Part shown: in pieces, positions 49,977-58,860 of the stretch | Layout: every line of letters starts with the position of its first letter | Position numbering within the stretch: the stretch's first letter is position 1 | Assembly (NCBI GenBank): GCA_963674785.1 | Contig: OY771555.1 | Span: 1,696,001 to 1,760,000 of the forward strand | Direction of reading: 5' to 3' | DNA: 64,000 nt | DNA from: Caldisericia bacterium | Lineage (GTDB): Bacteria > Caldisericota > Caldisericia > JAAYUI01 | Program-made: the position numbers and the translations under genes | The notes under the pieces: model-generated | The model's input: the letters and a program-made list of their open reading frames with translations, nothing else | What the model was told of the DNA's origin: nothing | Database searches by the model: none

Positions 49977-50960
49977 ATGGATAAAGCAGAAATCATAGTA
50001 AGAAAATACAGAGGTGAGATAGTCGAATCTCAATTCAGAGGACACATTGTAGTAGTCAATAAAAGTGGAAAAATCATCAAATCTATCGGTGACCCAAATC
50101 ATTTCACGTTTATTAGAAGCGCCTCAAAACCGTTTCAGGCTATCGCATTGATTACCTCTGGTGCATTTGGATCATTTGGTCTTTCAAAAAAACATCTTGC
50201 AGTTGCATCTGGATCGCACAATGGCCAAAAAATAAATACTGATGTTGTTTTTGAGATGCTCAATAAAGCATCATTATCGGAAAACAATCTTTTGTGCGGA
50301 ATACATCCACCATTTACAAAAAATGCGAAAGATGAAATAGGAGATAATACAACTCCAGTTAACAACAATTGCTCAGGTAAACATGCTGCTATGCTATTAA
50401 TCTGTGTTCATATGGGATGGGAAATTCAAAACTACATGAACCCAGAGCATCCTGTACAGAAATTGATGAAAGAAACGGTATCAAAGATGTGCCAAATCAA
50501 TTCGAATAAAGTAAAGATTGGAATTGATGGTTGTGGTGTACCTGTTTTTGCGATGCCTCTTGTTAATATGGCAATTGGTTTTAGCAATTTGATAAACAAA
50601 GAGAATCTTCCTGAAGAATATAATAAGCCAGTTGAAGCAATTGTGAGTGCTATCCATAAGTATCCAGATATCTACGCTGGGGATGACCGAATCGCAACTG
50701 CATTCGTAAGAGATAACCCCGATTCTATCTTCAAAGCGGGAGCTGAAGGAGTGGGCTGCTTTGGTCTTAAAGATGTTGGAATCGCATTCAAACTCGAATG
50801 CGGTGATGATGGAAAAATCTCACATTTTGTAATCAGCAATATTGCAAAGAAAATGGGCTGCAAAACAACCAGATTGGAAAAATGGTGGAACCCCGACATC
50901 TACTCCCATTCAGGCACAAAAGTCGGTGAAATGAGATTTAATGACGATGTTTGGGGTTAA
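49977..50960 (+). CDS. L-asparaginase II (Rhizobium AnsA type)
   Basis: RSASKPFQ, NCSGKH, DGCG.P and K.GAEG motifs. Confidence 0.9.
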   Translation: MDKAEIIVRKYRGEIVESQFRGHIVVVNKSGKIIKSIGDPNHFTFIRSASKPFQAIALITSGAFGSFGLSKKHLAVASGSHNGQKINTDVVFEMLNKASLSENNLLCGIHPPFTKNAKDEIGDNTTPVNNNCSGKHAAMLLICVHMGWEIQNYMNPEHPVQKLMKETVSKMCQINSNKVKIGIDGCGVPVFAMPLVNMAIGFSNLINKENLPEEYNKPVEAIVSAIHKYPDIYAGDDRIATAFVRDNPDSIFKAGAEGVGCFGLKDVGIAFKLECGDDGKISHFVISNIAKKMGCKTTRLEKWWNPDIYSHSGTKVGEMRFNDDVWG

Positions 50961-50966
50961 TGCGAT

Positions 50967-52559
50967 TTATCTTCCAGGAGTCTTATCGTTTGAAAGTATT
51001 GCACGAAGGAATTGTTCGTTGCTCTTTGATTCCTTCATCCATTTGTAAAGCTTCTTAAGAGCTTCGTCTGTTTCAAGATTAGATAAGAATCTTCTCAGAC
51101 TCCAGATGCGTTTTCTCTCTTCAGCCTCATACAGAAGCTCATCTCTTCTCGTTCCAGATTTGTTGATTTCGATTGCAGGGAAGAGTCCCTTTTCTGCAAG
51201 TTTTCTGTCGAGTACAAGTTCCATATTTCCCGTACCTTTGTACTCTTCATAGATAACCTCATCCATTCTTGAGCCTGTTTCGATAAGTGCGGTTGCGATC
51301 ATTGTCAAACTTCCGCCACCATCCATGTTTCTTGCAGCACCAAGAACACGTTTTGGACCGTGAATTGCTGAGGTATCAAGACCACCAGTCAAAGTTCTTC
51401 CAGTTGGACTCATGACAAGGTTGTAAGCTCTTGTAAGCCTTGTAATACCATCCATAAGGATTACAACATCTTTGCCAAGTTCAACAAGTCTCTTCGCGCG
51501 CTCCATTGCAAGTTCAACGACCCTGATGTGGTTTTCAGGAAGCTGATCAAATGTTGAGTGGATTACCTGAGCCTTAACTGATCTTTCCATATCAGTTACT
51601 TCTTCTGGTCTCTCATCAACAAGGACAATCATAAGAATCACTTCAGGATGATTGATTGAAATCGCCTGGGCGATTTTTTTGATTACTGTTGTTTTTCCTG
51701 CCTTTGGAGGGGAAACGATCATTCCTCTCTGACCTTTTCCAATTGGAGAAAATAATTCTACAAGTCTCAGTGTGAAATTATTCTTGCCTGGAACTTCGAG
51801 GATAAGCCTCTCATCTGGGAAAACTGGGATCATTTTTTCAAAAATTGGTCTATCTTTCATCGCCCCGGGATCTTGACCATTTATCGATGTCACTCTCAAC
51901 ATCGCAGAATACTTCTCGCTAGCCTTTGAGGGATGTCTCACAAGACCCTCAACATAGTCACCATTCCTCAGATTGAATTTCCTTATCTGTGATGGAGCCA
52001 TATAGATATCATCAGGATTAGGAACATATGTAACCCTTAAAAAACCATAACCATCAGGATGAATCTCAAGTACACCTTTTCCTTCTCCCTGTGACTCACC
52101 CTTATACTGGAAACCGCTTATACTTTTTTTTGCATCTTTCTGTTTGGGTGGATCTTGTGGTGTTGCTTCTTTTTCTATATCAGCTTCTGTCTTCTGTTCG
52201 ACTTCCTCTTTTTCTTCGAGTTTATTCTGAGAATACTTTTTTGGAGGAAACATTAATTTTGGTCTTGGTTGCTGAGTATTTTCTTCGGTTTCATTTTTTT
52301 CATCATCTGAGGTGAATGAAAGTGATGGTGAACTTGTGTCCCCTTCCCTGTTCATCTTTTCAAGTTCGGCTTTACTCTTTCTACCTCTTTTTTTTCTTAC
52401 TACGACTTTCTTACCCTGTGACACAAGGCAAACTTCTTCAATGAGATCAGATTTTTTAAAACTTGTGTAATTTTTTATCTTAAGATCTTTGCAAATATCG
52501 TATATCTCTCTCATTGTGAGATCATCGAGATCTTCTGGTGTATAAATTTTCTTTTCCAT
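50967..52559 (-). CDS. rho: Transcription termination factor Rho with N-terminal insertion
   Basis: [29 protein letters not shown] and SGTRR motifs. Confidence 0.97.
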   Translation of the reverse strand: MEKKIYTPEDLDDLTMREIYDICKDLKIKNYTSFKKSDLIEEVCLVSQGKKVVVRKKRGRKSKAELEKMNREGDTSSPSLSFTSDDEKNETEENTQQPRPKLMFPPKKYSQNKLEEKEEVEQKTEADIEKEATPQDPPKQKDAKKSISGFQYKGESQGEGKGVLEIHPDGYGFLRVTYVPNPDDIYMAPSQIRKFNLRNGDYVEGLVRHPSKASEKYSAMLRVTSINGQDPGAMKDRPIFEKMIPVFPDERLILEVPGKNNFTLRLVELFSPIGKGQRGMIVSPPKAGKTTVIKKIAQAISINHPEVILMIVLVDERPEEVTDMERSVKAQVIHSTFDQLPENHIRVVELAMERAKRLVELGKDVVILMDGITRLTRAYNLVMSPTGRTLTGGLDTSAIHGPKRVLGAARNMDGGGSLTMIATALIETGSRMDEVIYEEYKGTGNMELVLDRKLAEKGLFPAIEINKSGTRRDELLYEAEERKRIWSLRRFLSNLETDEALKKLYKWMKESKSNEQFLRAILSNDKTPGR

Positions 52560-52561
52560 TT

Positions 52562-52972
52562 TTACCTATTTCCTTTTTCAAATGCAAGATTTGCCATTCT
52601 ATCTGCTGACTTATTAAATTCTCTTCCAACATGTATTATCTCTAAATTTGTAAAACGCTTTATGAGATTTGTTGCTATAAGATAATATACGAGGAGTTCT
52701 TTCTTTTTGACTTTATATTCTCCATTGATCTGTCTGACTATGAGCTGAGAATCTGATTTGATCTTCACCTCTTCAGTCTCAAGCCCTAATGAAACAAGCT
52801 TTGAAAGAGAATATATCATTCCGGCATACTCAGCTGCATTGTTTGTTTGAATGCCAATCTCAAAACTCTCTTCAAAAACAAGCGATTCATCAACCTCACA
52901 AATCGAACCAAAACTTGCTGGTCCAGGGTTTCCCTTTGAAGCACCATCTGTCCATACAAAAACTTTTTTCAT
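52562..52972 (-). CDS. Ribonuclease HI-like protein
   Basis: TDGASKGNPG, TNN.AEY, DSQL and N..AD.MAN motifs. Confidence 0.92.
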   Translation of the reverse strand: MKKVFVWTDGASKGNPGPASFGSICEVDESLVFEESFEIGIQTNNAAEYAGMIYSLSKLVSLGLETEEVKIKSDSQLIVRQINGEYKVKKKELLVYYLIATNLIKRFTNLEIIHVGREFNKSADRMANLAFEKGNR

Positions 52973-53682
52973 GATTCCACTTTTATCCTATAAATTATTC
53001 TTCCACAATTATTGCAATAATGAATTTCATCTGGTTCTTCAGATAATCTTTGATCCAATGATTTTGAGATTGTTTCGTTGCAACCAGAACAGAGAGTACC
53101 GATCACCTCTGCCATAGCGATCCCATCTTTTCTTTTGGCAAGGTTTCCGTAGATTTCCAATTGGTCTTCATCAATCTGAGGTAGGAGCTCTTCTCTTTCA
53201 ATATCGATTTCCAGAATCTTTTCTTCTCCCTTTTCCTTAATTTTTTTGTAGTTACCAAGAACTTCTTGATATTTTTCTTTTATCAAAGCCAATTTTTCCT
53301 GCAACTTATCCCTAAAAGATTTATACTTTTCAAACTTCTCAAGTAGCTCCAGTTCTTCTGTTTCAAGTTTATCAACATGTTCGGAAACTTTTTTTAGTGA
53401 TTCTTGAATATTTGAAATCTGCTTTGAATCAACATCCGAACTGAAAAGCATTTTTTCCATCTTTTCTTTTTCAGAAACAGCATCGTCAAGCTTCAGCTTC
53501 AAACTCTTCATTTTCTTTTCAATAAGGGAGACCGCGCTAACGAACTTATCAGCATCCACCTTCACAGAATAATACTGAGCTTTAAGTTCTGAGCCATCAT
53601 TTGTGTTTTCAATCTCGTTTTCTATCCGACGGCGCTTAAGATCTACAACACATAATCTGATGAGTTTTGAGATACCTGACAT
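52969..53682 (-). CDS. Coiled-coil protein with C4 zinc ribbon (DUF164/CT398 family)
   Basis: Long coiled coil, then CSGC...CNNCGRI. Confidence 0.88.
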   Translation of the reverse strand: MSGISKLIRLCVVDLKRRRIENEIENTNDGSELKAQYYSVKVDADKFVSAVSLIEKKMKSLKLKLDDAVSEKEKMEKMLFSSDVDSKQISNIQESLKKVSEHVDKLETEELELLEKFEKYKSFRDKLQEKLALIKEKYQEVLGNYKKIKEKGEEKILEIDIEREELLPQIDEDQLEIYGNLAKRKDGIAMAEVIGTLCSGCNETISKSLDQRLSEEPDEIHYCNNCGRIIYRIKVES

Positions 53683-53699
53683 TTCCCTCTCTCTAAGTA

Positions 53700-53773
53700 T
53701 GGGCCCAGCAGGACTCGAACCTGCGACCCACTGGTTATGAGCCAGTTGCTCTGACCGACTGAGCTATGGGCCC
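53700..53773 (-). tRNA. tRNA with CAT anticodon, probably tRNA-Ile2 (lysidine type); CCA not encoded
   Basis: GGGCCCATAGCTCAGTCGGTCAGAGCAACTGGCTCATAACCAGTGGGTCGCAGGTTCGAGTCCTGCTGGGCCCA folds to a cloverleaf; G1-C72 pair excludes initiator; C4-G69/C5-G68 fit TilS substrates. Confidence 0.92.
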
Positions 53774-53921
53774 TCATAAAAGAATAGTGGTATATAGATT
53801 ATCGATTTCTGGATTTATAAAACCAATAATTTATTAAGACTGACCAAAGTTTGAACGAACCTATATAGTTACGAAAACTTAATATATTTGCAATTTAAAA
53901 TAAATTCTGTATCATATCAAC

Positions 53922-54134
53922 ATGGAAAGCTTAAAAGATTTTAGTAGAAAAGAAACTGATTGTATTTTTCTCGAAGGGTGCCCATTCTTCAATAACCTTA
54001 CTGTATCTGTAACTGAGAAAGCACTTAAGGCTCTATACTGCAAGAGAAGGTACACGATGTGTGAACGTTACAAACTCAGGATGGCTGGGTCACTAGTAGA
54101 CAAAAAAATGTGGCCAAATGGTAAAATTGTTTAG
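53922..54134 (+). CDS. Small Cys-rich hypothetical protein
   Basis: 70 aa with C-x5-CPFF...YC-x6-C.RY...PNG; promoter-like TTGCAA-N16-TATCAT directly upstream. Confidence 0.7.
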   Translation: MESLKDFSRKETDCIFLEGCPFFNNLTVSVTEKALKALYCKRRYTMCERYKLRMAGSLVDKKMWPNGKIV

Positions 54135-54142
54135 GATTAAAT

Positions 54143-54856
54143 TTAACTTCTAGGCTTTCGTTTTAAAATTGCGACTTCTTTTGACGAAAGCCTCCTAAAA
54201 CTTCCGGGCTTAATACCCTTCAACGCAATTCCAGCGTATTCTGTTCTTTTCATTCGGTAAACTTTGTTCCCAACGGCTTCAACCATTCTTTTTACATGAT
54301 GATATCTGCCCTCGTGAAGAGTCAAAAAAAGATAATCACCTTGTTTGTATGCTTGATCAGCTTTTGTTGTTATTCCACCTTCGAGACTCACACCCTCAAG
54401 TAGTTTCTTTACTTGGTAATTGCCGACTCTATCTTTACATGTTATCCTGTATGTCCTGGCAACATTAAACTTTGGATGTGTAAGTTTATAGAGAAGATCA
54501 CCATCATCGGTAAGTAGAAGCAACCCCGATGTATCATAATCCAATCTTCCTACAGGATTCAAATGCTTCATGTTATCGGGAAGATACTTGTAAATTGTAT
54601 CTCTCCCTTTTTCATCTTTTTTTGAAGTGATTACTAATCGAGGTTTATTGAATACAATGTATTGTAGGGATTTTGCTTTCGTAAGCTCTTTGCCTTCAAC
54701 AATTATCGAGGCACTTTGAGGGAATTTTGCCCCCAGCTCGGTTATGACAACTCCGTCAACTGTAACCTTGCCATCAGCAATTAGCTCATCAGCTTTTCTT
54801 CTAGAACAGTAACCTGATTTAGAAATCAGAACATTTAGCCTAAAACTCTCGATCAA
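54143..54856 (-). CDS. rRNA pseudouridine synthase (RsuA/RluB family)
   Basis: S4 domain SRRKA..LI, catalytic GRLDYDTSGLLL, EGR.H.VKRM. Confidence 0.93.
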   Translation of the reverse strand: MIESFRLNVLISKSGYCSRRKADELIADGKVTVDGVVITELGAKFPQSASIIVEGKELTKAKSLQYIVFNKPRLVITSKKDEKGRDTIYKYLPDNMKHLNPVGRLDYDTSGLLLLTDDGDLLYKLTHPKFNVARTYRITCKDRVGNYQVKKLLEGVSLEGGITTKADQAYKQGDYLFLTLHEGRYHHVKRMVEAVGNKVYRMKRTEYAGIALKGIKPGSFRRLSSKEVAILKRKPRS

Positions 54857-55983
54857 ATTCCATCAAAAAGGTCTCTTGCGGAATTGTCATCATCTGACTT
54901 CTCCCAAGATTCCTTCTCCTTTTGAAGTCTTTCCCTCCATGATATAAACGATTGGAAACCATCACTCTTGTCTTTATCTCCATCGGATTCTTGCTCTATT
55001 TCGTTTGTATCAGATAAATCCATAATATTTGTCTTATTACTTGTGGTTTCTGAAGAAGTTTCAGTTTCATCATCATCTACCACATCTTTCTCATCATCTG
55101 ATTCATACACGATTTTTATAGCATCTGTGCTGCTATCATAAGAGAGAAACTCAGAATTGGCTGAGCTTTTCTCTTCTTCAGTATCTTCCTCAGTCTCATC
55201 AGAAAACCTGAACTCAATTTTATCTTGATCATCTGATGTGTCAGTTTCATGTGTTGGCTCGAAAGGAACATCCCCATCAGATTCTGATTCGATTGCTTCC
55301 TCTGACTCCTCTTCCACTGATTCTTCTTTCTCAACCAATGAGATTATCTCATCAGGATTTTCAATCTCTCTTTCGGTGGATTCGATTTCTTCTTCAATTT
55401 CGATGAGTTCAATAATTTCATCGGGGTCAGATATTTCGACAGAATTATCATCAACATCCAGAGGCTGAGATTGACTTTCTTCAACAGTTTCAACCGATAA
55501 ATCCGGTTCGTGATGCGTTATTTCCGGCTCGAAAATAACTTCATCGGATTCATCAGATGATACAGCATCAACAAGTTTTTCATCAGTTGTCTCAAAACTC
55601 ACAACTGACTCAGGAACAGATGGTTCATCTTTGATTTTTTCAGCAATAGCCGTTCTTAGTTTCTTACCCTTGTGAAGCAGCAAACCAAGATTTACATCAG
55701 AATCAGCAATCAAAAACAATGAATGATTTTCCAAAAAGAACACAAGAAGGAAAGAATCCTGATTCTTAATCAGGACATAGTCGTTTCCGGTTTTGCCAGC
55801 ACGTTCTGTTACTGAACTTGTAATACCAAGAATTGAAGTAGCCGATGCCGAAAGGGCTTCATTTAATGAGGAATCAGTTTCAGGAAAGGCATTTGTCAAC
55901 AGCCCATCAGATGTGCAAAGGACAGCTCTTTGGCAATATTTAATTGAGGTAACAGTTTCCTTTAATATCTCGTTGTAACTCAT
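54853..55983 (-). CDS. Roadblock/LC7-domain protein with long acidic disordered tail
   Basis: N-terminal ~115 aa with ..SDGL and NLG.L pattern; remainder strongly D/E/S-rich. Confidence 0.72.
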   Translation of the reverse strand: MSYNEILKETVTSIKYCQRAVLCTSDGLLTNAFPETDSSLNEALSASATSILGITSSVTERAGKTGNDYVLIKNQDSFLLVFFLENHSLFLIADSDVNLGLLLHKGKKLRTAIAEKIKDEPSVPESVVSFETTDEKLVDAVSSDESDEVIFEPEITHHEPDLSVETVEESQSQPLDVDDNSVEISDPDEIIELIEIEEEIESTEREIENPDEIISLVEKEESVEEESEEAIESESDGDVPFEPTHETDTSDDQDKIEFRFSDETEEDTEEEKSSANSEFLSYDSSTDAIKIVYESDDEKDVVDDDETETSSETTSNKTNIMDLSDTNEIEQESDGDKDKSDGFQSFISWRERLQKEKESWEKSDDDNSARDLFDGI

Positions 55984-56348
55984 TACGCAAGTTCCTCAAA
56001 CAGTTTTTGCTCAAATTTTTTAAGGAGGTACTTCGCTTTTCCGATATTGCCATCTGAAGTTCTCAAGCAAACAATACAGAAAAACTCTGTGCCGGGAATT
56101 TCATGGATTATAATGTGATGATCTGAAAAGGAATGGATACTCGAAAGTGCACCCTCATCATTAATCTCAAAACCTGCTTTTTTTGTAGCATTGAAAACGG
56201 TTGAAAATTCAACAATCAATGATGTAATATCAACATCGGGAAAAAGACTTTTTTGTGTCAATGCAAGCCCATCTCGTCCAACAAGTGCATAACACTCGAG
56301 ACCAACAAGTTCGTTACCTATATCTTCTAATATGTTATCAAGTTGCAT
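55983..56348 (-). CDS. Roadblock/LC7-domain protein
   Basis: LVGRDGL, GNIGKA.Y pattern; 121 aa; GAGGAGG Shine-Dalgarno. Confidence 0.78.
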   Translation of the reverse strand: MQLDNILEDIGNELVGLECYALVGRDGLALTQKSLFPDVDITSLIVEFSTVFNATKKAGFEINDEGALSSIHSFSDHHIIIHEIPGTEFFCIVCLRTSDGNIGKAKYLLKKFEQKLFEELA

Positions 56349-56456
56349 TTGAGCCTCCTCATACGCTCAATATCCTATTTGATTTTCCGAATTCGTCAAG
56401 CGATAATCAACAAGACCTTTGCATTGAAACATATGTTGTTATAATACCCATTTGTT

Positions 56457-57848
56457 ATGAAGAATCTAATTACATGGCTTGCACAAACAAGGATTGCAAG
56501 GTGGTTTCTCCGAAAATCATCTGTTGCATCAGAAAAGACTATTTTGTCGTTTTCAAGAGACGTTCATATGTCTTCCTCGGAGAAAATCTATTCTGTTTTT
56601 TTTAAGTTCTTTTTCAAAATATTCATGAGGTCTTATGGAATATCATGGAAGCAACTCAAGGGAGCATTAGAAGATCCAGGAATAGCCAGATGTTTTGTGC
56701 TTGTGACAAAAAGCCTTGCTGAATATGGATTAAGAGTCCCCATCGTTTTAAAGGCTCCATTTTCCGTTGTGTACAACCTGACAAACAGGTGCAACCTCCT
56801 TTGCAAGCATTGTTTTCAGCGTGCACACGAAAATGAAAAAGACCACATGACTCTTGCACAAAAATTAAAAATCATCGATGAACTCAATGATGCTGGTGTT
56901 GCCGCAATAACATTTTCTGGCGGAGAACCACTCATGTCAGATGACTTCTATGAGGTAGCCAATCACGCCTTCAAAAAAGGGATATATGTCTCTATTGATA
57001 CAAACGGCACACTAATTGATGAAGACACCGCAAAGAAACTATATGATACCGGTATTAGATGTGCACAAATTTCAATTGACTCAACAGATTCAAAAGTCCA
57101 TAACGAATTCAGAGGAAAAGATGGTGCTTTTGAGCTTTCCATGAAAGCAGCAACACATCTTTCAAAAATCGGGATTCATTTATCGATGGGTGTAACCCTT
57201 ACAAAATTCAATTTTGATAAAATTGATGAGTTTATAAATCTTGCAAAAAGCAATCATTTCAACCGAATTGTTTTCTATCACCTTGTTGCAGTTGGCAGAG
57301 GTGAAGAGGTTTACGACCTCGACCTTTCCCCAAAGCAGCGTTCTGAAACCATGGAAAAACTTGCAAACATAAATGATCCTGACATAGACATACTCTCTGA
57401 AACCCCCCACTTCGGACTCGAAACCATCAAGATAAAAAATGGAAGAAAATCTGAACTGCCGACTTCAAATTCATTCCCAATCACAGCATATTTCAATATG
57501 CTCCCACATCACAGTTTCTTCAGGGCGTTATCCGATATCTTAGGTGGTTGCCCTGCAGGAAGACTCTACGGAAACATCCAACCAAATGGAGACCTCACTC
57601 CGTGTATGTTTTCGCCATTTTATCCAGTTGTTGGGAATTTGACAAAACAATCGTTTGAGGAAGCCTGGAAAGGTTTCGAATTCCTTTGGGATAGAGACCT
57701 GCTAAAAGGTAAATGTGGTCAATGTATTAACAAAATCAGTTGTGGCGGATGCCGTGCAAGAGCTGCCTCAAAGGGCGATTCGCTCATAACTGATTTTGGA
57801 TGCGATATAGCAAAGTATTACAAGGAGGACAAGCGTGGACACCACTAA
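56457..57848 (+). CDS. Radical SAM/SPASM domain protein
   Basis: CNLLCKHC, FSGGEPL; SPASM region C.AGR...G...PC...CGQC....CGGCRARA...C. Confidence 0.9.
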   Translation: MKNLITWLAQTRIARWFLRKSSVASEKTILSFSRDVHMSSSEKIYSVFFKFFFKIFMRSYGISWKQLKGALEDPGIARCFVLVTKSLAEYGLRVPIVLKAPFSVVYNLTNRCNLLCKHCFQRAHENEKDHMTLAQKLKIIDELNDAGVAAITFSGGEPLMSDDFYEVANHAFKKGIYVSIDTNGTLIDEDTAKKLYDTGIRCAQISIDSTDSKVHNEFRGKDGAFELSMKAATHLSKIGIHLSMGVTLTKFNFDKIDEFINLAKSNHFNRIVFYHLVAVGRGEEVYDLDLSPKQRSETMEKLANINDPDIDILSETPHFGLETIKIKNGRKSELPTSNSFPITAYFNMLPHHSFFRALSDILGGCPAGRLYGNIQPNGDLTPCMFSPFYPVVGNLTKQSFEEAWKGFEFLWDRDLLKGKCGQCINKISCGGCRARAASKGDSLITDFGCDIAKYYKEDKRGHH

Positions 57849-58860
57849 ACTGAAAAATGATGCGATTTCAGAAATTGAAAAATCAACATCATCCACCGAA
57901 ATTGAAGAACTGAGAGTAAAATATCTTGGTAGAAAATCTGAATTGAGTCTTGCGTTCAGAGAGCTTGGAAAGCTTTCACCAGAAGAGAAGAAAGCACTTG
58001 CTCAAGATCTGAATGAAACAAAAAACTTCATCACAAAAATGATCGATGAAAAAAACGAGATTTTCAAAAAACAAGAAAAAGAAGCACAGATAAAAGCAGA
58101 AAAAATAGATGTCTCGCTTCCAGGAAGAAAAGAAAATATAGGCACATTCCATCCAGTTTCAATTATCATGGAACAGATCGTAGAAATCTTTCACAGAATC
58201 GGTTTTGAGGTTAGAACCGGTCCACACATTGAAGATGATTTTCACAATTTTGAAGCACTCAATATTCCAAAACATCATCCCGCAAGAGCCATGCAGGATA
58301 CTTTCTATATGGAAGATGGAAAACTTCTGAGAACACACACTTCACCAACTCAGATAAGAATGATGGAATCAAGCACACCGCCAATAAAGATGATTGCGCT
58401 TGGAACCTGTTACAGAAAAGATGCAACAGATGCTTCACACATGCCGGTCTTTCATCAGGTTGAAGGTCTCATGATTGACAAAGACATAACATTTTCAGAT
58501 CTCGGTGGAATTCTTTCCATTCTTTTGACAGAAGTCTTTGGTGGAGAAACAAAAGTCAGATTCCAACCTTCATACTTCCCATTTGTTGAACCAGGAGCAG
58601 AGACTTTAGCATCCTGTCCTTTCTGTGGCGGAGAGGGATGTCGCACATGCCAGGGTTCAGGATGGGTTGAGATGGGTGGTTCTGGAATGGTTCACCCAAA
58701 TGTTTTAAGAAATGTTGGATATGACCCGGATGTCTATCAGGGATTCGCATTCGGATGGGGACTTGAAAGACTTGCCATGCTCAAGTTTGGAATCAGAGAC
58801 ATTAGAGACCTTTTCACGGGCGACCTTAGATTCCTTTCACAGTTTGGAGGTATAAGATGA
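57835..58860 (+). CDS. pheS: Phenylalanyl-tRNA synthetase alpha subunit
   Basis: HPAR.MQDTF, LRTHTSP, FHQVEG, YFPFVEP and GFAFG.GLER motifs. Confidence 0.98.
   Translation: MDTTKLKNDAISEIEKSTSSTEIEELRVKYLGRKSELSLAFRELGKLSPEEKKALAQDLNETKNFITKMIDEKNEIFKKQEKEAQIKAEKIDVSLPGRKENIGTFHPVSIIMEQIVEIFHRIGFEVRTGPHIEDDFHNFEALNIPKHHPARAMQDTFYMEDGKLLRTHTSPTQIRMMESSTPPIKMIALGTCYRKDATDASHMPVFHQVEGLMIDKDITFSDLGGILSILLTEVFGGETKVRFQPSYFPFVEPGAETLASCPFCGGEGCRTCQGSGWVEMGGSGMVHPNVLRNVGYDPDVYQGFAFGWGLERLAMLKFGIRDIRDLFTGDLRFLSQFGGIR

Noticed and set aside
53922-54134. Small Cys-rich ORF as RiPP precursor for the radical SAM/SPASM enzyme
   Set aside because: It lies 2.3 kb away behind three opposite-strand genes and looks like a folded metal-binding protein rather than a leader-core peptide; no transporter or protease nearby
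53700-54140. tRNA as an integration site for a genomic island
   Set aside because: No integrase, no duplicated tRNA 3' end noticed, and flanking genes are housekeeping
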